DNA of 59,143 nucleotides from Candidatus Omnitrophota bacterium (GTDB lineage Bacteria; Omnitrophota; Gorgyraeia; Aquiviventales; Aquiviventaceae): NCBI GenBank assembly GCA_016193175.1, contig JACPSR010000044.1, positions 1 to 59,143 of the forward strand, read 5' to 3'. Shown piece by piece: positions 1 to 9,005 of this stretch (position 1 is its first letter; each line of letters starts with the position of its first letter). The notes under the pieces were generated by a model. It saw only the letters and a program-made list of their open reading frames with translations, ran no database searches and was not told where the DNA came from. The position numbers and the translations under genes were made by a program.

Positions 1-3000
1 AGCCGAGGCGGAAGACCACGCCCAACGCAAACAGGATGGTGCGTATGACGACCCCGACGGTTCCCTCTTCCGTGACGACGCGCCCCTTTCGATACGTGAC
101 GAGGGTCGGATGACCAATCTTCCAGGGAGAGGCATACAGGAAACTGCTGAGCAGCACGAGGGAAAGACGCAGGGCAAGCGAATCCGCGCCCAGCGCATCC
201 GGGAATCCAAGGGTCGCGGCAACCCAGGGGACAAAGGACAACAAGACATTGATGCCGCCGGCGAAGAACAGTTCTGAGACCGCCCCCCATGCCGCAATCA
301 CCGGCCCCGGCAGCCACAACCGGCGGAGCGTCGGAATCGCCCAGGCCAACCATCCCACCATCCCCAGCGCCTGACCTCCCTCCTGATCCGCGGCTGGCTC
401 GGCGACGCGCGCGGCGACATCCTCGTGCGGAGCGCGGGCATAGAAGAACGCCTTCGCGCGTTCCTCAAGCGCATTTGTGGGAGGATGGGCGGTCCAATTC
501 CGCAAGTCGACATAGGCTCGCTCCTCAACCTCCGCCACACGGAGCGGCGCCGATGAGCCAGGGAGCTCCTTGAGATCGGAGAGCACGCGCTCGATCCGCT
601 CCATGGCGCTGGCGCTACGATTTACGCGTTCGGCAACGGCCTCGCCCCACAGCTGCTTGAGGTCGACATGCGCAAACCGCTTCCCATCCCTCATCTCCCA
701 GATCGCGACCGGCACTGGCTTGCCCGCGCGAGCACGATGAGCGAGCTCCTTCAGCCCAGCCACGATCGTGGCTGCCTCAGCCAGCGGTTGGCTCATCCGA
801 TCCACGAATTTCTCAAAGCGCTTCCTGTTTTCCAAGCCGAGCTTCGCGTAGAACTCGAGCGATTGGAAAGCCGTCGACAAGTGCTTCATGGTATCGCGCA
901 GCAAGGCCCCCGACTCAGGAGCCTGCGCGATTCCCTCAATCGCATCACGCACGGCGGCCAAGCGCCGCTGTGCGTCTTCCAACGCCACGTTGAACGTCTC
1001 CGGATCCACTGGGACCTTCGGGTCGCTGACCATCCCAAACAGGTACGTGACCTTATTGAGGTGGCCGCGGAGCGCTTTCTCAAGCGGCTCGGCTTGATCT
1101 GCGACCTCCGGCTCAAGCACCCGCTGCTCTGTTGCAAAGGGAACGCTCGGCTCCGTCCGGCGCTCGGAGAGAATCTTGCCTGCCTGGAGCGCCATGATGA
1201 GCGTCTCGAGGGATTCCCCAATGAGCCCCGTGTTGATCTGGATCGCGCCAAGCGCATTGACGATGTCGTAGGCCTGGAGTGGGTCGCCCTTTCTCACGGT
1301 ACGCAAGATCGCCTGCATGCCGAAGCCTCGAGCGTCCGTCCGCGCGGCCGAGAGGTGGTGATGGTGCCCAAGGAGCTCCATGATCGACGAAACGGTTGAG
1401 GGAACGGCGCTGACGCGATCTCGGAGAGCGATGAGCCGCGCTCGAACGGCGGCGACGCGCGCCGCGTAGTCCTGGCCCGCTGGCAGCTCCGCCACGAGTC
1501 TCGGACCCTCCGCTCGAAGGACCGTCATCGCGTCTCTGATGACCGCCACGTGCGGCTTAAGCGCGGCAGCCAGCTCGCCGGCGGCCTCGCGAATCGCCAG
1601 CTCCTTGACGCGCGGCATGATCGCGTCGAGGTCAATGAGGTTGGTCGAGCCTGGATCGCTCAGGAACGTGACCTCCGGCATCATCGAGAGGGCCGTCAGG
1701 ATCGACTGGATTGCCCCAAACGCGTCGTCCATCTCTGCAATGAACTCCTGGATCTGTTCTTCGCTCAAGGTCCCCTTCTCCAACCCATCCGCCACGATCC
1801 CTGCGTACCCGTTGAGTGAATGGAGGGAATCGTTGACAAGATAGTGGAGGAGGTTCCAAACGAGCAGCCACTTGTCCTTTGCCTCCTTCGTATGGACAGG
1901 AGTCACTTGAAGCTCCCAAACCTTCAGCCGGTCGATGAGCCTCTGGATCGCGTTGTCGAGCTCCCCGGCTTTCGTCTTGAGCGTCACTCGATCGCCGGAT
2001 CTCACGGCATCCGTGAACGAGGCGAAGCGAAGGTCGATCCGGAGGATATCCGCCTGCGATTCATCCACGAACTGCTGCGTGAGCGCGCGCAGCCGGGCCG
2101 CATCCGGGAATTGCACAAGGATCGATCCGTCAGACTGCGACACGAACCAGCGCGGATTCGTGGTGTCTTCGTTCAGCTCGCTCAGGGCGACCTCAAGCGC
2201 CGCCTGGTCCATGCCGAATCGGTTGATGTCATCGGCTCGCACCACTCCGGCCCGGGCGCTGCTCAACGTGGCGATCAGTTCATCCTTTGGGATCGCCGCC
2301 AGGCCGCCACCCATCATCCCAAGAAGGAGCTCTTCATGCGCATACCCGGCCTTGATGAGCCTCTCATAGCGCTCCTGACCAGAAGATTTCTCTGATAAGT
2401 CTGGCACTTTTGGATCGTGAAAGTTGGCGTCGATGGCAGCCGGCGTCATACGCCCCAGCCGCTCGATGATGAGCTTCTTGTTGTAGATCACAACGACATC
2501 CCCTTTCGAGCTTGTGGGGTGAGCTGCGATAAAGACCGTAGGAAGGTCAGGATGATTCTGGAACGCACCAATCAGCGTCTGCGACTTCTCGCGCGAAATG
2601 CCAAGCTCTCCAGCCGCGACGAGAAGATCGAATGCTGACCAGTCCATCTTCGGCTGATCCGCGAGCTTTTGCACAATGTACTCCAAGAACTGCAGGGAGA
2701 CATCCGGCTCCGAAGGCTGGCCTTCTTGTTGGCGGCCTTCCCCAACCCTCCCCAGCGCAAGGCCGAGGGCCACGAGAACGGGCGCAAGACCCACGACGAT
2801 CCACGGATGGAGAAAGGCTAACCCTGCGCGCGTCACCTCCGGTTGACCTGATGCGGCCAGAGCGCCGAAGATGAGGGAGGTCTGGAGGACGCTGAGGATC
2901 CAGATCGGAAGCTGTTGGCTCACATCGTCTGTGCGTCGAGGTGTGCGTCGCTGTCGGTGTGGCCGTTGATCAGGGCTCGCCGGCGCGTGTGGGCGCTCCC

Positions 3001-6000
3001 CCATCGCCCGAATCGCCGCTGCGCTGTGGTACAGGCGATCCGCCACCGCCTTCACCTGATCGGCGATATCGGCCTCATCGACACCCTTGCCCCTCAGCGC
3101 CTCGGTGTACAGGCGTTCGAACTCCGCCCGGACGAGCTTGAACGCAGGTGCAGCAAGGTCTGCGGCCGCTCCCTTTTTGTAGAGCGGATGATCCAATATC
3201 CGGGAAGGACCCTTCGTCGCCTCTTCCCTGAATGCGTCTTCGATACCCTTCCGGGCTTGTCTTGTGTCCGCCAAGGCCTCGGCGGCGAGTTGAGAGATGT
3301 TGATACCGTTTGGATCCATGACGGGCGGTGTAGCGGCAGAGGACAGGTATTTCTTGGATGACCGGGCGCGGGTTCGCCTGCTCCTCATGATGAGCCACAC
3401 GAGCACCGGAACCCCCAGCGCGGCGAGTACGGCGCCAGCGAGCAGCGCGTCAGGACCGAAGGACACGATCCAGTCCAGCCAATCGCCGGCTGCGCTGCGG
3501 GGCTGTCCGTCGAAGCCCGTCGCCGCCTTCTGCAGTCCGAGAAAGGCCCCAACCGTCATCAGCCCCGCCACGCTGAGCATCCGACGGACGTCACCACTGT
3601 GCCTGCCCCCGCCCATCGGCGGCGCAGCGGCGGGCGGCGGCATGGCGCGATTGACAGGGTCCAGGAAACGTGCTAAGGTTGGACTGATGCTGAGCAAGGG
3701 TCGCAGGAAGTACATTGCGACGATCTGTGAACGGTTTGCCACGGTCGCCTTCGATGAGCTCGATGCCGTTCTTAATGCCAATCTTCCTAATGCTTGGTCT
3801 GAGCGTGGTCTTTGCTGGCCTGCTGTTCTGGGACCAGTACCAGAAGAAGCACGCCCCTCGGTAACTGGTCCTTCCGGCGCGCGGATGAACTGAACGGCCA
3901 CCACGGCCGCCAGTCCCCCAACCAGGCCTCCCAGCAGCACGCCTCCGAGTAGACTGGTTCCGATCGCCAGGCTCACCAGCACACCGAGCACCGACACCCC
4001 GATCGTCCCCGCGGCGATGACCTTGAGTGGTAGCAAGCCTCCTGCTGATCGCACTCGACTATCGGACAAAGCACGCCCACCGGTAGGCCCTGCCGCCTCC
4101 TTCCCCATCGGCACGCGGATCAACCCTGCCAGCCACCTCCAGAGATCCTTGACCGCCAGAGTCCAACTCCCGGGCCACATCACCCACACGAGCGGCACGA
4201 TCAAGGTGGCTAAGACAATGGACATTGGCACGGCCACCCCAGCGTAGGCCAGCGCAAACGGCGGTGCCAGCACCGCCAACGCCAACATCCCTGGGCTCCC
4301 GTTGTCCGATTTCTCTGCGTCGGCAGCCAGCGGCGTCGGCTCGGCAGGCGGCTCGGCGGTCCCTCCGGGAGGAGGGTTCTTCAGGGCTTCGTACTCCTGA
4401 ACAATCCGTACCCACTCATCCGCCTGAGGATCATGACGGCGGATCACCAGGCGCGCCCGCCCCAGTGCTGGCCGTTCCACAAACGTCTCCCGATAAAATT
4501 TCAGCACCTGAGCCAACGAACTGCCAACGGGTTTTTTGGAAAATGTCTTCCAGCCTTCATAGGCCCGCACGGCCTCCTCAATCGCCTCAGATTCAGCACC
4601 AGGATGATCATGCGAAATCGCGGCTCGAATCTGCTCAGGCGTGGGGATCGGCTCGGCGGTCAGTTGTGACGAATACAACAGCCCGCCGCGTTGGTTGCGG
4701 GCATAACTCCCGATGACGGTGATCGGCACCTCCACGCCATGCGAGGTATCCATGGTTTGGTATAACGGGACGAGATAGAAGGTGACGGTATCCCCGATGG
4801 CAGGGGGCCCGCGCCAGGTCCCCATCGCTCCCGCCACGTAATAGCCCTTGGCCCGAAGCCCATCGAGCATGGCTTGATGACTCAATTCCCTATATCGAGC
4901 GACATCATCCTGGGTGCGAATGGGCAGCGTAATCGTCACAACATCTTCGCCAACCGGCACGGGCAGAGCGAGAGCGGTGGCTGTGGACGGGGTGCGGATC
5001 GCGGGCAAGGAGTGCCGCTCGGCTTTCTCCGTTATGAAGTCGCGCACCGCCTGCACCAGCGGCGTTCGCATCTGGCCGTCAGGCCCGGGTGTCGAGACAT
5101 ACTGCATGATGTCCGTCACCAGCGCGGCGATCTGCGCGTGGCTGAGGATCGGCCGTGAGGTAAATTCTCGGCTGCGCGCAATCGCCCAATAGAGCACATA
5201 CCCTTCAACCAGATTCGCCACCCCGGTTTGCCGTTCCCGCTCGAGCAGGAACTGCACCACATCCACCGCGAGATCTTGCGCATCTCCCAGGATGTAATAG
5301 TCCGGACGCGCCACCCACGCTTCAGCCGCCCAGTCCCATTGCCACGGATCGTTCATGACCCCAGCGACCCACTTCATCGGAGCAGCCTGAGGCGAGTCAG
5401 GGGTTTCCGGCTTCAGCCCTAACTTGAGCAGCCGGGCGCGAATGTCAAGCCATCGTGCGAGCGCAAAGCGTTGCATCCGCACTGCCACGTCCGCCGCAAG
5501 GGCCCGGTGGTGTATGACGACCGGGATGCGCTGATCCATGGCGAAGCGGTAGCTCCATGCCTGTCGCTCTGCCTCAGACACCTCGTCAGGCGGCGCAAAC
5601 CCCTTCATGAGCGGCTCTTCGGGGATCACGACCGTCGGCATCCCCCGTGTCCCAACCCGCACCAACGCGTTTGGCTCAACCGCTGGCGTCGCCGCAGCAT
5701 CACCGGGCTGGAGGTTGCGATCTTCGCTGCGGACGATCCAATCGAGATCGCCAAGCCGCTCCAGGGCTGTTGCCACATCCATCGCAGGAACGCGAACCGG
5801 CCTGAAGAGCGGAGAGAGCGATCGCTCAGCCACCTCTTGGTCCTCGTCTGCAAACATCGCACGAAACCATTCCGCCGTCTCGATCGTGGGGATGTCCATC
5901 TTGACGAATGGCTGCAGAGCCCCTCGCACTTGAGGTGGCTGATCCTCCCGCACAGCCAGTTGCGCATCCACAAGCCGAACAGCCTGTTGAAGCCGCTCAA

Positions 6001-8914
6001 GCGCCTGCGCGGCGCGACCTCTGCCTCCCTCCTCTACCATCCCACTCTCTTCCATCTGCCGGACCTCATCCAGCGTCAGCACAAGGCGGGTTAACGCGCC
6101 AAACACCGCGGCGGAATCTTCGGTGAGCCTCTCCAGGATGGCGCGGGCCAATCTGTCAGGCTCAAGCAGGTAGATCGTGAGCAGCCATTCGCTGCTGAGT
6201 GCGTCGACCCCCCGCTCGTGAATCCGGTGCGGCGCGTGAAATGTCCGCAGCCACGCCCTCACGCGCCAGACAACATCCGCCTCGGTCATCCCCGGGGCCT
6301 GCAGCGCGTCATCAAGCCTCGCCATCAGGCCGCGCACCTCTCGTGTCACCGCTTCGTCCTCCAGAAGTGGCCCTGGCAGCCCTTGCTCAAACTCCTCGTT
6401 CTGCAATCCGAGGATCAGCTCCCCCATCCACATCAGGGTAACGGTCACCGACTGCAAGCGCTCATCCGGTGATGAGGTATAATTGCCGGCTTTGGAGAAG
6501 CGGGCCACCAACTGTCTAAGCAACGCTCGCTCGGATTCCTGGCCCGGGCGCGATAAGAGCAGGCCGAGCGTCTCTGTCGTGACCGGGGTCATCTCCCCAA
6601 ACTGCTGCAGGAGCTCCTGGGAGCTGAGGGGGGCCACCGCTTCGGCTTCGAGACCTGCGCGATGCAACGCGTCATCAGTCTCCTCAACCGCTCGCAGGCG
6701 CTCGGCCAGCTCCTCAGGCGAAAGCGTCTCTCCAGTTCCATTCAGCCAATCACGCAGTCGAGTCCCTAAGTGATCTTGGGCGATCCCGTGCTGCTTGGCA
6801 AAGGCCGCCCAGCCGCGCAGCTCGGTCATCTCATGCCGGGCCTTCGACTCATTGCGGGCGTAGACGGCAAACTCGTCACGTCCAGCGTGGTCGGCGAAAA
6901 AGCGGCTGTCAATCACCACGAGCACCCCGTCCGGCTCAAGACGTAGCTCGCCGGTAGGAATCATGATTCGGCCACCGGCTCGCTCCACCGCCCGGCGCAG
7001 GTCATAGCGCCCGTCGAGACGCCTCTCAGCGCCAACCTCAGGTCGCTGGGCGATGGCGCCGATAATCTCGGCAAACTGACCGTAGCGGTGGAAAGCCTCA
7101 TGCGCCTGGCGCGTGACGACGCCAAGCCCTTCGCTGGCAATGCCAATATCTGTCCCTGCCGGCCCTTGCTTAGCGGCGGGCGGTCCCTCGACGTGCTGAG
7201 GCTCGCTCGGGACTCCCTCCGGTCGCGCGGCGGATTCCGGCGGAGCCTGCTCCTCGAATATCGGCGTGAAGAGTTTGAAGTACGCCATCACCATGTTGAT
7301 GTAGCGGAGGTTGTACGGCAGCCTCGTGGGATGCACGCCCCGGCCTGAGCGCCATTTCTTCAGTTGTCTCTCCACGGCGCCAGGCCCCTCATGATACGCC
7401 GCTAAGATCAGTTTCTCGGCCTCGGACGATTCCATGCTGTCGGTATTGAAATACCAACTGAGCCAGTTCAGGTACCCCACCCCGGCGTTGACATTGATGG
7501 TGGGATCGGCGGGATCCATGAGGTCTTCTTTGGTGAGCTGCCGATCCCCTATCTTATCCTGTGCTGTCGGGAGTTGAACTTGCATGAGCCCATAGGCGCC
7601 TTCGCTCGACTCAGCCCGCGGGTTGCCTCTAGATTCGGTCAGTAGAACGGCCCAGGCCAGCGCCCGCTTGATGCCGTGTGTGGCCGCGGTCGTCTTCACA
7701 ACTGCGGCGATCCGCATCATCCGAGGCTGCCAGTTGCGCGGCTGCCGAAGCTCTTCGAGGGCTCCCCGGGTCGCCTCCTCAAGTTCCTGCTCGGCCTTAA
7801 ACAATTTGTCAGCCTTTTGACTCAGGTTGTCGATCGCGTTCTGTTCTTGCTTTCGAGCCTTGTCAAGTTCTCGGAACGCCCGCTCATAGGCTGGGAAAAG
7901 CTGCTGGCGTCTTGACTCGTTCTCCGCATTGGCGTACGCTCGCGTAGCCTCCTCGTACTGCTTCACCGCGCGTCTCACGCGCTCCTGCGCCTGCGTCAGC
8001 GCCCGCCGAGCCGCCCTCAGAGCCTTCAGGGCCTTCTGCTGCCGTAGAACCGCTTCTTCAACAGCTCGCTTGACGTCGTGTTGCGCCACCAATCGAATAG
8101 TCTCGACAGCCAGACGAGTCTCTGCCCGGCTCACGTTGAGCGGGCGGGCGGACTCGCTCGTCATTGGGGCAGGCGCGGCGGCTTCCTTCTCGCCGGTAAG
8201 CCCACCAGGACCTGGCGATGGTGTGGCCGGGCGCGCTGAGGTATCTGACGTCGACGGCGCCGCAGCAGGCGCTCCGCCCATCAGGCCGCCCACGGGAGCT
8301 TGATCCGGCGTTCGCTTCGGAAGTGGGATCTTCCGTGGGGTTGCCTGTCGTTCAGCACGCGTGGCTTGCTGCGCTGAGGGGCGTGCCGCCTGTTCGGCTG
8401 CAATCTCCTTGTTGATCTGCTCGAGGAGCTCATAGTCGTAGAGAGGGGGCATAGATGGCTTGGTCTGCGACGCGGGCGTACTCGGCGCAACTGGTGAGCG
8501 CGTGGGCGAGGAGGGCTTGTGCAGTGCAACCAGCGCGCCAAGCAGGCCGACTCCGACCAGAGGGAGCAGCAGCGTGGCGAGCCACTTCCTCCCGCCGGAT
8601 GGTCTTGCTGGAACCACCAGATCATCTGCCGCGTCCTCTGCAAGATCAACCGCTGGCGCTCCCCTCTCCTGAGGCGCTCGCAGGGCCTCGACATCCATTA
8701 CGTCCGTCTCTTGAGCGCCCCCTTCCGTCACTTGACCCGTTTTTGGTACCGCCGAAACCGCAAGCTCCGGGCCACCCAGATCCGGCGCATCGGCAGGAAC
8801 ACCCTCCCCCAGTCGTTGAGCCGTAACAACCCCATCCTCACCACCGACTTCTTCATCCGGCACCTCCCGTGGTTGGCCTGCTACATCTCCAAGAGTCGCG
8901 GGTGTAGCGCTCAT
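1..8914 (-). CDS. Giant ORF-2, 3'-truncated by the left window edge. It has at least 2,971 codons counted from ATG 8914, and the same frame is open up to 9143. It is a membrane-anchored multi-module protein, probably a continuation of giant ORF-1.
   Basis: I hand-translated the minus-strand frame whose codon first bases are 1 mod 3. It has no stop from 9142 down to position 2. This was checked base by base at 9143-8400, 7700-6960, 4320-4210 and 150-2. The ORF is absent from the track because it has no stop inside the window. None of the 12 listed minus-strand ORFs left of 9000 is in this frame. The plus-strand ORFs there are R/P/S-rich antisense shadows. The translation is protein-like: TM helix RKWLATLLLPLVGVGLLGALVAL (about 8520-8600), a coiled-coil stretch, an SLT domain, and hydrophobic clusters near 3900-4290, 3400-3560, 2770-2900 and 2-300. 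Confidence 0.8.
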   Translation of the reverse strand, partial: MSATPATLGDVAGQPREVPDEEVGGEDGVVTAQRLGEGVPADAPDLGGPELAVSAVPKTGQVTEGGAQETDVMDVEALRAPQERGAPAVDLAEDAADDLVVPARPSGGRKWLATLLLPLVGVGLLGALVALHKPSSPTRSPVAPSTPASQTKPSMPPLYDYELLEQINKEIAAEQAARPSAQQATRAERQATPRKIPLPKRTPDQAPVGGLMGGAPAAAPSTSDTSARPATPSPGPGGLTGEKEAAAPAPMTSESARPLNVSRAETRLAVETIRLVAQHDVKRAVEEAVLRQQKALKALRAARRALTQAQERVRRAVKQYEEATRAYANAENESRRQQLFPAYERAFRELDKARKQEQNAIDNLSQKADKLFKAEQELEEATRGALEELRQPRNWQPRMMRIAAVVKTTAATHGIKRALAWAVLLTESRGNPRAESSEGAYGLMQVQLPTAQDKIGDRQLTKEDLMDPADPTINVNAGVGYLNWLSWYFNTDSMESSEAEKLILAAYHEGPGAVERQLKKWRSGRGVHPTRLPYNLRYINMVMAYFKLFTPIFEEQAPPESAARPEGVPSEPQHVEGPPAAKQGPAGTDIGIASEGLGVVTRQAHEAFHRYGQFAEIIGAIAQRPEVGAERRLDGRYDLRRAVERAGGRIMIPTGELRLEPDGVLVVIDSRFFADHAGRDEFAVYARNESKARHEMTELRGWAAFAKQHGIAQDHLGTRLRDWLNGTGETLSPEELAERLRAVEETDDALHRAGLEAEAVAPLSSQELLQQFGEMTPVTTETLGLLLSRPGQESERALLRQLVARFSKAGNYTSSPDERLQSVTVTLMWMGELILGLQNEEFEQGLPGPLLEDEAVTREVRGLMARLDDALQAPGMTEADVVWRVRAWLRTFHAPHRIHERGVDALSSEWLLTIYLLEPDRLARAILERLTEDSAAVFGALTRLVLTLDEVRQMEESGMVEEGGRGRAAQALERLQQAVRLVDAQLAVREDQPPQVRGALQPFVKMDIPTIETAEWFRAMFADEDQEVAERSLSPLFRPVRVPAMDVATALERLGDLDWIVRSEDRNLQPGDAAATPAVEPNALVRVGTRGMPTVVIPEEPLMKGFAPPDEVSEAERQAWSYRFAMDQRIPVVIHHRALAADVAVRMQRFALARWLDIRARLLKLGLKPETPDSPQAAPMKWVAGVMNDPWQWDWAAEAWVARPDYYILGDAQDLAVDVVQFLLERERQTGVANLVEGYVLYWAIARSREFTSRPILSHAQIAALVTDIMQYVSTPGPDGQMRTPLVQAVRDFITEKAERHSLPAIRTPSTATALALPVPVGEDVVTITLPIRTQDDVARYRELSHQAMLDGLRAKGYYVAGAMGTWRGPPAIGDTVTFYLVPLYQTMDTSHGVEVPITVIGSYARNQRGGLLYSSQLTAEPIPTPEQIRAAISHDHPGAESEAIEEAVRAYEGWKTFSKKPVGSSLAQVLKFYRETFVERPALGRARLVIRRHDPQADEWVRIVQEYEALKNPPPGGTAEPPAEPTPLAADAEKSDNGSPGMLALAVLAPPFALAYAGVAVPMSIVLATLIVPLVWVMWPGSWTLAVKDLWRWLAGLIRVPMGKEAAGPTGGRALSDSRVRSAGGLLPLKVIAAGTIGVSVLGVLVSLAIGTSLLGGVLLGGLVGGLAAVVAVQFIRAPEGPVTEGRASSGTGPRTAGQQRPRSDQALGRLALRTASSSSKATVANRSQIVAMYFLRPLLSISPTLARFLDPVNRAMPPPAAAPPMGGGRHSGDVRRMLSVAGLMTVGAFLGLQKAATGFDGQPRSAAGDWLDWIVSFGPDALLAGAVLAALGVPVLVWLIMRSRRTRARSSKKYLSSAATPPVMDPNGINISQLAAEALADTRQARKGIEDAFREEATKGPSRILDHPLYKKGAAADLAAPAFKLVRAEFERLYTEALRGKGVDEADIADQVKAVADRLYHSAAAIRAMGERPHAPASPDQRPHRQRRTPRRTDDVSQQLPIWILSVLQTSLIFGALAASGQPEVTRAGLAFLHPWIVVGLAPVLVALGLALGRVGEGRQQEGQPSEPDVSLQFLEYIVQKLADQPKMDWSAFDLLVAAGELGISREKSQTLIGAFQNHPDLPTVFIAAHPTSSKGDVVVIYNKKLIIERLGRMTPAAIDANFHDPKVPDLSEKSSGQERYERLIKAGYAHEELLLGMMGGGLAAIPKDELIATLSSARAGVVRADDINRFGMDQAALEVALSELNEDTTNPRWFVSQSDGSILVQFPDAARLRALTQQFVDESQADILRIDLRFASFTDAVRSGDRVTLKTKAGELDNAIQRLIDRLKVWELQVTPVHTKEAKDKWLLVWNLLHYLVNDSLHSLNGYAGIVADGLEKGTLSEEQIQEFIAEMDDAFGAIQSILTALSMMPEVTFLSDPGSTNLIDLDAIMPRVKELAIREAAGELAAALKPHVAVIRDAMTVLRAEGPRLVAELPAGQDYAARVAAVRARLIALRDRVSAVPSTVSSIMELLGHHHHLSAARTDARGFGMQAILRTVRKGDPLQAYDIVNALGAIQINTGLIGESLETLIMALQAGKILSERRTEPSVPFATEQRVLEPEVADQAEPLEKALRGHLNKVTYLFGMVSDPKVPVDPETFNVALEDAQRRLAAVRDAIEGIAQAPESGALLRDTMKHLSTAFQSLEFYAKLGLENRKRFEKFVDRMSQPLAEAATIVAGLKELAHRARAGKPVPVAIWEMRDGKRFAHVDLKQLWGEAVAERVNRSASAMERIERVLSDLKELPGSSAPLRVAEVEERAYVDLRNWTAHPPTNALEERAKAFFYARAPHEDVAARVAEPAADQEGGQALGMVGWLAWAIPTLRRLWLPGPVIAAWGAVSELFFAGGINVLLSFVPWVAATLGFPDALGADSLALRLSLVLLSSFLYASPWKIGHPTLVTYRKGRVVTEEGTVGVVIRTILFALGVVFRLG
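3651..3679 (+). promoter_or_regulatory. Sigma70-type promoter antisense to giant ORF-2 (cassette B): TTGACA, 17-nt spacer ending in TGc, then TAAGGT.
   Basis: There is an exact -35 consensus at 3651-3656, an extended -10 TG at 3671-3672, and a -10 hexamer at 3674-3679. An ATG follows 7 nt after the -10, which is leaderless geometry. Cassette A at 12589-12617 has the same architecture. Confidence 0.45.
3687..3893 (+). CDS. Possible leaderless 68-aa ORF of cassette B (MLSKGRRKYIAT...).
   Basis: The ATG sits 7 nt downstream of the -10 hexamer. It shares a KGRRK-encoding stretch (agcaagggtcgcaggaag) with cassette A (accaaaggtaggcggaag). There is no recognisable family, and it lies antisense inside ORF-2. 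Confidence 0.2.
   Translation: MLSKGRRKYIATICERFATVAFDELDAVLNANLPNAWSERGLCWPAVLGPVPEEARPSVTGPSGARMN
3754..3864 (+). CDS. Possible small hydrophobic peptide of cassette B: MSSMPFLMPIFLMLGLSVVFAGLLFWDQYQKKHAPR. Alternative ATG starts are at 3763, 3775 and 3790.
   Basis: The hand translation gives a single TM-like stretch followed by a basic tail ending KHAPR. This is the same design as the cassette A peptide, which ends KHAH. No obvious SD was seen. Confidence 0.25.
   Translation: MSSMPFLMPIFLMLGLSVVFAGLLFWDQYQKKHAPR
7375..7700 (-). other. Soluble lytic transglycosylase (SLT / GH23-like) domain inside giant ORF-2.
   Basis: Translation: LLTESRGNPRAESSEGAYGLMQVQLPTAQD...DPTINVNAGVGYLNWL...LILAAYHEGPGAV. 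It contains the catalytic E-S motif (E codon at 7634-7636), GLMQ, and AAYNxGpg-like motifs typical of Pfam SLT. Confidence 0.8.
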
Positions 8915-9005
8915 GGTGTTCTTAACAGCCGGCTCCACAGTTGCCCGCTTCAGAGCCTGTTCCGCGTCAGGATGAAGCGCAGCTCGCTCAATGGCCGCGA
9001 ACACG

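Noticed and set aside
1360-1380. The HHHH run (LLGHHHHLSAA) in ORF-2 as a metal-binding or engineered tag.
   Set aside because: It is a single short run in a helical region with no flanking vector-like sequence. There is no basis for a functional call.
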